From: Gonapodya sp. JEL0774
Lineage: Eukaryota
Direction: 5' to 3'
NCBI GenBank assembly: GCA_027604505.1
Contig: JADIIX010000164.1
Location: forward strand, 1-42,844
Length of the DNA stretch: 42,844 nt
Shown here: positions 23,649 through 41,473 of the stretch, piece after piece
Layout of the letters: every line of letters begins with the position of its first letter
Position numbering within the stretch: the stretch's first letter is position 1
The notes under the pieces: generated by a model
What the model was told of the DNA's origin: nothing
Databases searched by the model: none
Seen by the model: only the letters and a program-made list of their open reading frames with translations
Made by a program: the position numbers and the translations under genes

Positions 23649-26600
23649 TCACTGAGCGATCCCTTTATGTCCTCGAGGGATTTTCACCAATACTCCGTTT
23701 TCTCTCGCCCATTCGAGGTAGCAAGGGTCGATGACGTAGTCCGTGATCATTTTGTATACAGGAGCACCATCCGGTCGCTTCGTGCTTTCCAATTCCAGTC
23801 TGAGAAATGTGTCGTCATCTGTCTTCGATTCGAGCGGTTGAAGCTTGTGATATAATGCAGTAAGCACTTCTTGATGTGTCAAGCCTATGCATTTCTTTTG
23901 GTTAGCCAAAGGCCTCAACTCTCGTACTCGATAAGGGCCCACCATCATCCTGCTTTGCGGTAATAAGAACGGCTTGATTTAGTGCCCGTACAAAAATTCG
24001 GGTCCTTGCTTGACGTTCTGTCACCACTGAAGGGTCGAATAAGCATTTACTCATGTCGAAGTCCCTAATGGAATCCTGAAACAGAGTTACGGTTACGGTA
24101 TTTAATATGCAATGCGCTTGTGATAATCATTTCAACGCACTGTTTCTGTACTGAGAGTTTCAGAAAGCTCTGGTGGTCGCTTCATGTCCACAGAACCAAG
24201 TTGAGCCCATTCCTGCATGTCCTTTGTTGCCTTCCGAAAAAACTCGATCGGGTTCTCAAAAACATTCCACGCTTCGTAAGAGGCAAGAAGCGCAGTCGGA
24301 AATACATTCATTGGCAAGGTGTGCGCTCTGCGACTCTTGTGGCGCCTGGAATTTGAATGTTTTACAGTGTCATTATTGTTTTGTCGAGTTGTGACAACCG
24401 GTGGCAATTCCTCAGAGACAGTCAGCACTGCTTGCACCGTATTACTACCCTGCTGTGGGAATGGAACATCGCCTATTCCGGGCGGTTGGGTAGAACCTTC
24501 GTCTGTAGGGCTGGTTTGATGATCATGCATGTTTCTCTCTTCGAGTCCACGCCTTCCAATTTTGTTGACATAATCGGGAAAGTCCAGGACATCTGGTTCC
24601 AGATCGATGCTGATAAGCGGTGATTCATCCTTCATCCAATTGTCTTCACCCAAGATTTCACTTCCCTGAAGTGGTGGGTTTTGCTCCAATAGTTGTGCTC
24701 GCAACTCAAGGTCTGTCCACGAGAATGTTGTTCGATGGGGGGAAGTTAAGTCCGATGATTCTAAAGCAGTGAAGTTCTCAAAGCTTGTAATTCTTGTGAC
24801 AGGAATTGTCGAATGTTCCAGGCGCTGAACTGTCAACTTGTTCTCCGGAATTAGTTTCGAACGTTTCGCTACATCCGCAATCAGAGGCAGATCTCGTTCG
24901 TGATCCGTTAGGTCATGGGACAGTTCCACTGCTACGAAGGGTACTAGCTTCTCGCGCTCTTCAACGTCTTGATCGGTGATCAAAGCGTCGTTTCTTCCGT
25001 TTTCACGTTGGCTTGACACACCGGCATCTTCTGTTGAGCCGGAAACAGACTGTTGATCGCTACCCGCGTTTCCTCTGTTCCCACATTTGCTTGAAGAACC
25101 GTCTTCTGTTGAGTCACGGACAGATTGGTGCTCACTTCCCACATGATGTTGCCCAGTATCACATCTTGATAATTTCTCGCAATGAAAGGGTTCACTCTGA
25201 GTTTCTGTGAGGTCATTGACCAAGAGCTGCTCTTGTTCTGCAAGCCAGCGAGCATCATCTTCTTCCACATCGTCGTCCCTCGAAGAGGAAGCAGAAGAGT
25301 CACTCAGAAAGCGAGAATCCGTTCGTGTTTGATGATTCTTGTCAGCTGCCTTCGTGGTGCTGCGGGAACTTTCGTTGGTGCCCTCTGTATCCAGTTCAAT
25401 CAAAAAGGTCACCCCGGTTGCGAATTGCGCCTGATTAACGATCTCACGTTTGATATTGACATCCAGCCCGAATTGTGACAGGGAACTGGATTAATGATCT
25501 CAGTAATGTGGTAGTGTTCAATTTAACAAAAATCGACACTTACTGGGAGAACTCTCGCTTCGGACCGTCTCGATGCCTTGGGTGACTCTTGGTTGGGTAG
25601 GGTCCCTCGGGTCTCTCCTCGTGATTTTCGAAGACCCTGACTTTCTTACGCTTGCCTGCTGGCGCATCCTCTGTTGCATCTGGCGTTCCAATATATCGCT
25701 TGGACTGAGGGGACGACTGCGATTTCAACCGGCAATTTAAACCATCACTATTGCATGGAGGGGTGTGGTCTACTCTGCATGGTCTCCCGGCCATGCTTTC
25801 CTTCGCGAGTCTCTTTCGTCCTGTAGCCAGCTCACTTTCAATACTATGATGCCTTTGACGCTTTGGTGCTTGTTTGCTTCCTGGATTACAGTCATCAGCA
25901 ATGAGAGATTCCTCCTGCGCGACAACGTCAGTCATGTTTTCCTCAATTTGAAGTTTCTCTTCTTCATATCCTGGAGATTGTCCTTGCTGTGCTGGACCGC
26001 TGTGAAATGAACTCCGATCATATGTCTTGCACAACAGATCCAGCTCTATGCAGCGACAACAGCTTTTCGAATTGACATTATTGAAAATGCAGGACGTACG
26101 GTGTTGCCGACAACTGGTATATGTGCCACAGATCAGATCTTCTGAATTGAAGCCAGCTTGTTTGTCTCCATTGTGATGGAGAGTTTGTTCCACCACCTGA
26201 ACACGAGAATCTAAAGATCGTTCATCACCTACGTGGCAGGAAAGACCAAGCTCTAAGCAACGAACGCAAGTCTTTGAATCGGGTTGGAAGTGGCATGCTC
26301 TGTGCTTTTTGCGGCAAGCGATGCATGGTTGCCTCTTACGGGACTGCGCTGCAATGTTGCGTTTGCGACTTCTGCGAGAAACTTCACCTGATGAGCCCCT
26401 GGCATAAAGCATAAACGACCATCACACTTTAGCCGTCTGAATCGGCAGTTGTCGAAACTTACAGCGTTGTATCATTTGTGACATCCAAAGCGGGCTCAGT
26501 CAAGGTAATACCAGATGTGATCGCTCCAGATAGAAACTTGCCCATACTGCTCCCTGATTTCTCCGAACACTTTAGAAACCTACTTGCTATATCAGATTCG

Positions 26601-29600
26601 ATGTTCAGAGAGGCACATCGCCGGCATCCCAACGACAAGTCGTCGTATTGGCATCTTGTGTGCTTCTCTCTGCACATTGCGCAGCGGATTTTAGGTGTTG
26701 ATGTGCTCATTACCGCTGCTGACAAATCTACACTGGCGCTTCCAGTTCCAGATTGTTGTTGAGGTGTTGCAGGACGAACCGGCTGTCTCTTGTTCTTGGT
26801 TACTTTGAGTCCCAGCTTCTCTCCGCCAAGTTCATTCTCGTTTCTATAAGTATCTTCTGCAGGTCGGTTTGAACTTTCCACACTCTCAGATCTAGACCTG
26901 ATCTTGCTTCGAAGACCGAACTCCCCCGCCACGAAGTCACGATACAAGTTATCGCCCTCTTTCCTCACATCTGTCTTGGCAGTGGCGTCTTTCTCGCTGT
27001 TGAGATGAATATGAGAGATATCACTTTCCAGGTTCAACTCCACACTGGTGACAAAATCTTCTATTGCACGTATCGGTGTCCTTAATCCAATTGGAGGCTT
27101 AGGCGAAAGCAAGGGTAGTGAGTTGGTGTTATCTACGTTAATGGGTATGGATACGTATTGATTACGTTACTGCTCGGTGCACGAGGAGACAACCCACCGT
27201 CGCTGCTAAACACCGGCACCTCCAGGAGTGGCTCTGTAGAGTCACTTAAGTTATCGCTATCGCTTTCCTCGTCAACTGATGGTGGAATCTCCTGAGTTGA
27301 TGCTTCGCTTTGTTCACAGTCGACTACAGTTCCTATTCGCGGAGCATCACTCTGGTCCGAGAACGGCGCGCAAGGGTGCTGCACAGGTGAAGACAATCCA
27401 CCTGGTACTTCGTGTAAAGCATGATCTGGGTCTAGAAACTCTTCAATAAACTTGGGGACGACAAATTGTGCAGCTGGTTCTCCTTTCGGATATTCGCGAG
27501 GAATTGGGGCCAATACTGGAGACGAGGAAGAAGAGCTAACAAACTGACTTGAGGTGGTTGCTAGAAATGAGAAGTCCAACCACGCGGCACATTAAGGGAT
27601 GTCAAACGTCAAACTCAGAAAGTTGGTGAAATCTTTCAACCAACCTTCAAACTTGACAGTCATGCCTAATTGTGGCGTGGATGCGTCTTTTTCCTGGCAT
27701 TTGTCAGACACCGAGCTCCGTGGCACCTCCAAGCACGCAGTATGTTGATGGTTCTCTCTGTTTGTGCGATCTTCCCGATCTCTCGTTAAATCGGCAAGCA
27801 TTGTTTGAGATTGTGTCGTGCGGGGTAAGGTACAGTGTGTGGACGCCTGGTTAAGGTCTTGTGAATGCTGGGTGGTATCTTCGGGCTCAAAATCAGATAT
27901 GTAACTTAGGGAAACTCTCAAGGTGCGGTAAAACTGACCTGACGAGGCACTCAAACCAGCAATTTTGTTGGTATAGTCCGCTGGATGGCTACTTGAGCAG
28001 TGTTCTAATGAGAATTGATCAAGAAGCAATCGTGTGATTGGGGAGCCAACAACACCACTTTGCCGTTTGGAGCTCAAGTCATCCATGGTTGTTACTTTTC
28101 GAGGAAGTATTTCATGGAATCGATCATTTTTGCCTAATGAGAAATTCAAAAAGTGAAGGAATTAAGTCCTCCGCGAGATACGTGGATCCAAAAGAGATGG
28201 TACCTTTTGCAGCAGTTTCGTAGCTCTCTTCATCCTGGTTCTCATCACTGCTGTAGCTATCATGATATCTGTTCATTGTGACAACGTATCTCAAGGGAGA
28301 CGGTGTGTGTGGTGCGGTTGTTGGTCGGTGCGACCGTCCGAGTCGGAGTCTCGTTATATGTTGGAAACCGACAGATCCTTGGTCCGCATCAGGGTTACTA
28401 CTATCCCGGAACAGATCCCAATCATTAACGACCAGATTCTGATGTTTTGATGGTGATACCCCAGTATCGGAGATAGGCGCGGACATTGTGCGTGTGGTGA
28501 GGTTTGAATCATCCTGGGACTGATCTGGCGATTGGTTCGTCGCAGGTGAGTTTGCATCTTCGACACATCGGTGATCATTCAAAGAACGTTTAAGGTCTTT
28601 TGCGACCAGTTTTGGGACATCCTGAACTCCATCCTCCAGTCCTTTTGCCAAGCCCAAACTTCCAAATCGATTGGCAGTCCCGGCTTTAAGATCGAGAATT
28701 CGATTGTTCTCAACGTCCAACGCACTCAAGCGTCTATCCTTTTTATGTGTTGATGATTGATTAGCGTTTTTGTTTGATGAATTTTCGAGTGGCTGCGGAG
28801 GTCCATCATCCGAAATATTGAAGGTGCCGTCTCTGACAGAAAGAATATCAGGTGTCTTCGCTGCAAGATAATCGAGGTAAGGAACTACTTTAGCCGTGAA
28901 ATCCATGGTGGTGGTTGTCGATGAGGTCCTGTAGGTTGCCTGAAAGTTGTGCTTGCGGAGGTCATTCTCCTTGTTCCCGGCCCCATTTTCCTCAATCTCC
29001 ATTTCAATTGTTCCGTCATTGTCTGAACCGAATAGATCCCACTCGTCTACGTCCTCGTTTGGCTGCAAGGGACTGCTATTGGTGGGAAGAAGGATGCGTT
29101 TGGAGGGAGATCCACGCGACGGTGATGAGTGAGCAGAGCTACTGGAGCTCGGCAGCTGCGAATGTAAAGATGAAGGTGATCTAAGTCGATCGCCTTTGAT
29201 TTGCCGATACGAGGGTGATTGATCCAACTTTTCGAGGTTTGACGAGTTACGCCCACGTGTAGAAGACGGTGAATCCAACCTATTGCGAGAGAGAGACAAT
29301 GCTATCTCTTTTAAAGGCGACGATGAAGTGAATTCTGTGCTACCGTTGGCGCAGGTTGGCGGCGTATGGATGGTTCCCACGTTTGATTTTGGAAGGTTTG
29401 AGGTGCTAGCTCCAGATTTTACATCATGCGCAGTCGATTGTCGATGTTTGGATTTTTTGTTCCCCAGCGAAGATGATCCACCAAGGTCGAGTACTTGGTA
29501 TTTAGACTTCGAAGAGAAGGGGGGGGCGATATGGAGAAACTTGTTAACCGAGACAGTGACGAGTGATCAACACTTACTGTGAAATGTTCACCCGACTCGA

Positions 29601-30384
29601 CGGGCCAATTAGCCTTACTAGTTTTACGAGCTCCTTTTGATTTTGTGGGAACTCCCTTTGCGGCGCATGGATCTTGAACCTGAGGAACAGGCTTACTCTC
29701 GAACGTTCGCGACGGCTTTAGCGTTTTGTGTGCGCTATCTGCGAAGATATCCCACTCCTCAAAGTCCGTCTGATCTAGTTGATCCACTTCGTGTGATGTC
29801 AAGGGTCCACGGGAGTGATGAGAGTTGTCGGAGGTCGGCCGGAGGACGGGTTTCCTGCCAACATTATTCGATGTGGAAGCCCGATCAGCTCGTTGCAGAG
29901 CAGCATCTCCACCTCCTAGTAGAGAATTGTTTTTGATTATGTTTGCTGAGGTTGCGCCTTTTGGAGGGTGGAGAGGCAATTCGTAAAGATGTGAATGCGG
30001 AAATCATGTTTCGATTCTCTCAGATATCCCTCCAGAAAGCCGGATCAGGAGAGAAACACATAGATAAGTTAACGCACCATGCATTTCCTGAGCGACAAGT
30101 TGGATTGAGCGGGTCTCGTTGCCAATCTCCACGGGTCCCAGTTGTGTTCCATCCCTTTCAACCGGCTTCTGCGAGCTGGGACGCCCAGAATCACAGCTTG
30201 ACTCCGTTTCTCTATGCAATACATAGCTGGAATTCCATCTTTGCGTCCGCTGTGCGGAGGTGAAGTCTCTCCCTTCGTTGCCGCCATTTCGCTCCGACGA
30301 ACGCACTCCAAGCATTGATCCAGGCTTGGGCTCAAGCAGCTTAGAGTCTGCTCCACCTTTGGAATGTCCCCTTTTATCTACCAT
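23649..30384 (-). CDS. Very large (~2000 aa), mostly disordered protein with three central Zn(II)2Cys6-like motifs, multi-exon
   Basis: Consecutive long minus-strand ORFs are separated by short GT..AG introns (e.g. GTAAGT near 26461, 25543 and 29577). Canonical cluster CIACRKKHRACHFQPDSKTCVRCLELGLSC. Both ends are approximate; a further last exon to ~23543 is possible. Confidence 0.75.
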
Positions 30385-30809
30385 TTTTGGGTCGAGTTGG
30401 TGGCGACTGGTTCAGTGTGCGAAGATTTGTGAAGCAAAGCAGTTGGGTCAGTTGGGGCAGCCAACCAAGTGCATGGACTTTCTTGCATCTTGCACTCCAT
30501 CCGATTGAAATAATCGCTTCCTGTGCCTAAGGACAAGAGTGCTTCTTCACATAGTAACATTGCCTCGTAATATCTAGCGATCACTCCCTTTCAAATGGAT
30601 TGGCACAGATGTGATAAGGAGTCTCTTGATTCTGTAAAATCTACAAATGAGATTTCGGCGAAATTTGTTTTCTGACGTTTTTGAATGCACAAGATATTGG
30701 CATTATGTGCTTCGGAGCATGCACTTCTATTGTAGCTGCGGTGTGACCGCACGAGATCTCAAGCTGCCACTGAATGGACAATTGCTGAGAGGGATTCTCG
30801 GGTCGCTTT

Positions 30810-33102
30810 ATGTCATCAGACTCGGACGATCCTTCTCATTCCGGCGCAGAAACAGCGGACTCCAATTTCGAGTTGTCTCTTACTTCCCAAATCAAAGACG
30901 AATCCTCTGCCCCTTCCATCCGCAAACCAAGGGGCCGTCCAGCTGCTCTCCTCGCTGCCGGATCATCGAAAAAATCGAAGCGTGTATCATCTTCTTCCTC
31001 TGGCAAGAAGCGTGTTCACCAGAAAGTCAGAGTCGCCTGCTCGTACTGCCAACAGAGTCATCTCACCTGCGACGACGGTGAGCCATCGTGAAATTCGTTA
31101 GTGGCATGGATTCTAATTGCGGTTTGATGCCGCTACCTCAACTGCCCAACTTCCTGCTGTTCAGAACGACCGTGTTCCCGGTGTGTCAAGAGAGGATTTC
31201 CTGAACTGTGTGTTGACGGAAGCCGCAAGCGAGCCAAGTATCTTTCTGACGACGGTGAGTTTCTTGATTGTCTTCTTAGTATCATGAGCACATGGGAACG
31301 GGCTTCACGGGACTTCAGTTCGCCTGTCCATTACTGACTGTGGATAAACTCATCGAGAGATTGGAACAGTAGTGTGGATGTTTTGAGACCGGTTGTAGAT
31401 GCGTCCTCGGAGTGCACTAGGAGAGTAGGTGAAGGAATTGGAAGACGCGCCCTTTTGGTGGTGGAACACCCTCGCTCTTTGTTGGTTCATAATTGACTCA
31501 TCACGACTGAAACGATATACGCTTGTTGGCAGAAAGGTTCGCTTCTACTCCTGCTCCGTCGAACGCCTCAACACCGTCACACACCAACACCCCACCTCCT
31601 TCCTCCTTGTCCAACCTAATCATGCAGTCGGCCCACCAACCACAAACTTCTTCCGCTCCCGATACTCATACTCATCTCAATTCCAATTTTCCCCTCGGGA
31701 ACCAACTCGCAAATCTCTCTTTACCCCTCCAGCTCCCCAACCAACAGTCATTCCCTCTCCAGCTCCAGCCGTACCCATTTGGATCGGAGGCGGCGAATCT
31801 TGAATTCTCCATATTATCGAATATGCTCGCTCAGAGCGCGGCAATGGACGTCGGGACGGGACAGAATGCTGGTGCTGGTCAACCAACAGGGTCCCAATTT
31901 AGCCTCGCGGACATGTTTGGGACACAACAAAGTTCCCACGCAACTGGAGCTGCTGTACCAACACCCGCGAATCAGCAGTCCGGTCGGAATCGACCTATGC
32001 GGCGTTCCAATACCGGTGGCTCTTCAACCAATACGAGCGGCAGCGCTGTAGCAAACACGAAGTCCCACGGACATCACGGACACGGCCACGGCCACGGACA
32101 TCATGGGCACCACCAAGTCAATGGAGTTTATGTGAAAGTAACGAAGCCATATGACTACCGAGAAGGTTTCCATTATTTGGTGAAATATGTGAAGGAGAGG
32201 TGTGTTTCCATCGCAAAACGCTTCGCGACATGAAGGTTCTGAACCACCTTGGTGTCGCCATCGATTGGTTCGGTAGGATGGAAAAAACAGACATTATGCG
32301 AATATGGTGAGTTTCAAGGGTAGAGTCGTCTGGCTCTTATGATTCAGGCGGATATCTCAACAATGTCTAATAAATCACCAAAACATCAACGAATCGCAGT
32401 CGCGCTCTCGCACATTTCCGTCCTTCTTTTATGGGTGTGTACAATTGCAGAGCGGCGGACCTCGGCTCTACTCAAGTTATTGATCCAAACCTGCCCCCTC
32501 GAAACAGCCCAAATAATGAATCTCTCGGAGGAGGATCTCATCTTCATGGAACAATGCTTTCAGCGAACACTGCAGGAGTTCGACAAGCTCATAAATTTCT
32601 CCGGCACCCCTACGGTTGTATGGCGAAGAACAGGAGAGATTGCACTTGTAGGTGTTGCGGGGATTCATTTGGGTTATCAGAGTTGAAATCTCAACTGGCT
32701 CGCTGCTCTCTGCCGATGTAGGTTGGAAAGGAATTCTGCCTCTTGACACAGTGGACGAGAGATCAGTTGCTTGGCAAGAAAACATACATTTACGAGGTTC
32801 GTTGGTCCCCACCCCACCACCGACTGTCCCGAAGGAATAAAATTTACACCCCCCTTTTGTGCCAGCTTATGGACACGTCATCCGCTGTCTCCTACTGGGA
32901 GCTCTTTTCTATGATCGCCTTTGACAACTCGCAACAGTCAGTAATGACCACGTGCACTCTGGTGGGACCGCAGGGGCGCAAAGTGCCGTGTGCGTTTTGC
33001 TTCACCATCAAGCGTGACATCTTTGAAGTACCACTATGTGTGGTTGGCAACTTTTTGCCACTCTTTGACCGGGGACCTGGTGCTGGTGCAGCAGCACACT
33101 AA
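30810..33102 (+). CDS. ERT1: Zn(II)2Cys6 transcription activator of gluconeogenesis ERT1/AcuK with C-terminal PAS-like domain, multi-exon
   Basis: [129 protein letters not shown]. Confidence 0.92.
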
Positions 33103-33505
33103 TAGTGGGATGATATTGCATATTCATTGTACACATAGAACCGTTTTGGTTTGGTTTGGGTTGCGGCTGATATCACTTTTTGATGAATAACAACACATGA
33201 CTGGGTGTCTCAACCCTCGACTGCCCGAAAGAAAGAAGTAAAGTTGAATGTTTCCAGGGCTACCTTGTCATGGTTGACATGGACATTTGCAGGAAGATCC
33301 AATGGAAGACGTTTTTCCTTCATTAGTGACGAGACGCGTGAATTATTACACTTTCAAATGTCTGTACATAGCCCCCCGCTGCAATCCAATTCCGAAACTC
33401 GCAGGGAGCGCAAATCACTTCATTCACACACAAAGGAAGGAGACCAGCCCTGACAAAATTAACTCGGCGACAGAGTCCCAAAATATGACATTTTCGAATT
33501 GTCAT

Positions 33506-37896
<4,391 letters not shown>

Positions 37897-39352
37897 CGAT
37901 GGATGGGCAGTCCTGCCCTGTGTTCCCAACACTAGAAGGTTACTACACTGAACCGGAGACTGTTTTCCCCCTTGTCCGTCTCACGTCTTCACTTTCACCG
38001 TCCCAATTCGCCTGGTCGCCGCTGTCGGTCAGTGCTGGAATGGGTGAGGCCCGCCAGCTCCCCGAAAACCGTCACAGAGAACAAAGTCGCTCGCAGTCGC
38101 TGTTCAAGATGCACAGACGATTCCCAAGGTCTCGTTAACGTTATTCCAGCCTTGGTCTAATCCCGAACGGGCTTCAGGGATTCAAGTAGTTTGTGTGTGC
38201 TCTTTGCTGGGAGGGTTGGGGTGCGGAGACTGCAGGTGTGTCACCCACCAACCCAACTCAAGAAAGCGCCCACTGTGTGCGGATTCATTCTGACCCCTTT
38301 GCTATGTGGCACCCCTGTCTTCAACCTATTGCTTCGTCAGATATCGATTAGATTTATGACAATCTGCCTGTATGGATTACAAGAGCAGTCACATGTTTGC
38401 TCCCCAACAATTTAATGTCCCGCGCTCAACCATGTGTTGTTCCAATGAAGCCTGCCTCTACACAGTTGGATTTCCAACTTAGCATATGTTGCCTTATCGC
38501 ATGAATGTCTCGGAGACTGGTATTGCATTTGTGTATTGCTTGATGACCAATGTCCACGGCCGTGTTGACATGATACGCTTCAAGCACTCCCCTGACCTTC
38601 ATTTGCACACTCACTTATCAGTTCTTTGGCTCTGTTCTCTCATCCTTGGCCTCTTTATTGCCTTCTCCCCACCCCAAATATCAGGATGGCTGTGAATGTT
38701 CACTACATACTTGATTACAGTATTTTGGTTTGGGCTGGGAAAAAGAATGGAAGAGAATGTTTTGTGATGGATGAGACGAGAACTACGGTACAGGCAATGA
38801 AGTGAAGGGAGCAACCAAAAAATTGGACACAAAAAGGCGGCCATTCTTCCGATCGTTCTCTTGTGAACATTTTAAGGGAGCTTTCATTTCAGATGTACTC
38901 CTGAGTCCCTGAATTTCCATCCAAAGTCTTCTGGGGCGACGTGATGGATGCGATGCTTGCCTCTGGCACTGGACCGAAAGAAGAACACTGGTCTTGACCT
39001 CGAAAAGAAACGGCGGGAACACACTCTATTTATTGCAATCGCACCGGCATTTCGTGACCTTGTTGCGATATGCCAGGCTACAACCATAGGGTAATTCTCC
39101 GAAAGCACAGATGAGCTGCCTGTCGATTGATAACTACATGAAGGAACCCTTGCAAGGGCTCGCAGTCAAATTGAACTCTAGAGATTCCACGGTTTGCAGA
39201 TCGAATCGATCCGTAGCTGCATCGTAAGCATTATCGCCGTTGGACAGAACGTGTGTGAACCTCCAAACCACACTCCTCGTCACCGTCGCGTATCTGTTGC
39301 CTCATCTCCAAAGACAATTCATCTCAGCTGTGCTCTGCAACATTTATTGGCG

Positions 39353-40798
39353 ATGGCCTTCTCCCTCTCCTCCTCGTTGCTCCTCCTCTGCCTCCTCGTA
39401 TCCGCAGCGGTAGCATCTCCCATTCCCAAGTCCGAGATTGATTCCAACCTCCATCATGAGTCACACGGTCCGAACTGCTTAACGTCGGCCATCGTACCTC
39501 CACACGAGCTCTCTTTGTTCAAACGGAGCCCCACATGGGGTTATGAGGGCGCCGCTGGCCCCGCCTTTTGGGCGAACATCAACCCGAATTATACCACGTG
39601 TTCGGCAGGACAGAGGCAGAGGTACGAATTTCATTACGGTGGTTGCTCTGTCGGAGCTAGATTGCGGTAATCAAGGTTTCAATTCCTCCACTGAATCCCA
39701 CAGCCCCGTCAATTTCATGCCCACTGACAACAGTACGTAGATCCTTACTTGAAAGAACCTTGTCTCTCCGACGTGAAAGACTCAGACGCCTTTAACTAAA
39801 CTCTCTTTAACGCAATTCCCCAGGAACTTTCACTCTTCCTTTCACATTCAACTACCCCGAGAATATCAATGGCGCGACCGTGGAGAATCTCAAATATACC
39901 GTTGAGCTGTTCGCGCCGCCAAATATGTGAGCAGACCCGATACGGCCTCCATTCATTTCGGCGGAGCATTCTTTGAACTGACACATCCACTCTCCGCAAG
40001 GGCGTCTATTGTTCGGGACAACGTCACATACTACCTTGTCCAGTTTCACATGCACATTCCGTCCGAAGTGAGTCGTCCGTGGTCCGTGGTGTGATGTGTG
40101 CGTGACGTTTCTCACATTCTACGACGCAATTTCTGGCGCTCCATTGCCACCAGCACCGGATCATGGGTCGTAGCCCCGACGCTGAAATCCACTTGGTGCA
40201 CAAGTCTGATTCCGGTGCCCTCCACGTCATCGGCCTGTTTATCCGAAGGGGGGCGAACAAGGACGATGATTGGACCCGCCTGTTTGCCAAAGCTGTGAGT
40301 GCGAAGGGGGGCCGTGTAGGGGGAGCAACCCCTCGCTCAGAACTTTTTCGGTAAAACTTGTGGTTGTCGAATGCCATCAGATCCCACCAACACCGGGGCC
40401 TGAAAACACAATCAACACCTTCCCCCTCTGTGACGTGGAGCAGATAGTGCGACAGTCTGGACCGTTCTGGTACGCGATTTTACATTTCACGATTCGAGGG
40501 CCCGCCGTGTTCATCTCAGTTCATCCATCATTGCCTAATTCTACTATTGCTCAAGGTCATACGAAGGAAGTCTCACCACGCCGCCTTGCACCGAGGGCGT
40601 GCGCTGGGTTGTGGGTGAGTGTGTCGAGGATACTTCGAGTCTTGACTTGAACATGTTCTGAACAGTCGCATGTCTCAATCCTCTGCAGCGACGAAGCCGT
40701 ACGAGATGGACCACAAGGTCTTCGATTCGATCAAGAGACTCATCCCGTTCAATTCGAGGTTGACGCAGGATAATGTTGGGATGAGTTCCCCGGCGTAG
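39353..40798 (+). CDS. Secreted alpha-carbonic anhydrase (copy 1), multi-exon
   Basis: Signal peptide, WGYEGAAGPAFW, C..GQRQSPVN, zinc ligands QFHMHIPSEH and AEIHLVH, YEGSLTTPPCTEGVRW, NSRLTQ. Stop TAG at 40796-40798. Confidence 0.95.
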
Positions 40799-41473
40799 AG
40801 GGAGGGGGAATCTTGTATTCACATGTACACATTTGTATGATATATGTATGTCCGCGAGCCGAGCGGTGCGGTGATCTGGTATGTACTTTTGGTTTTCATG
40901 CGTGTACAATATAAGTATCCGACAACTAGAGATTCCAAGAGCGGATGGTCTACGCCGCGGGTTCACTCCTGGCCATGTCGTTGAAGTAACTGTAGCATCC
41001 GGCAGATCCATTCAACGGCGCCACCCACCACACGCCCTCCCCCCCCCCCCCGGAACCAATCCACAATCTACACTCTCAATATAAAGGCTCTGTCCCTTTA
41101 CTATTTTTAACGCGTTTCTACGTTTCAGAGATCCCTCCAATGGCTCATCTGGAGAATTATGGAGTATCTGTGCCACGCCCAGGGCACAGACAGGCAGGCT
41201 CATCTGGGAGAACTGTATTCAGACCCGGAGATTTTCTTCGTTCACGTCAAAAAGGGCCACAAAGTTTTGAGCAGCCCCATCGATCCATCTTCGTGAACGG
41301 AGATCCGCGACACCCTGGAATTGGATCTTCTCAACCGGTCGATCTGCACCCGCAATTGCGTGAGTACAGACACGAGCGCCGTCAATTCCCCTGCTCATCA
41401 GATCGTCCGCCGCGCCGTGGATCGTGGTTGCTCTATTCTCATCCCCCACTCACCCACCGCCCACACCAGCACG

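Noticed and set aside
24132..30384. Separate genes or a frameshifted pseudogene for the consecutive minus-strand ORFs
   Set aside because: Each junction contains a plausible short GT..AG intron, which favours one spliced gene.
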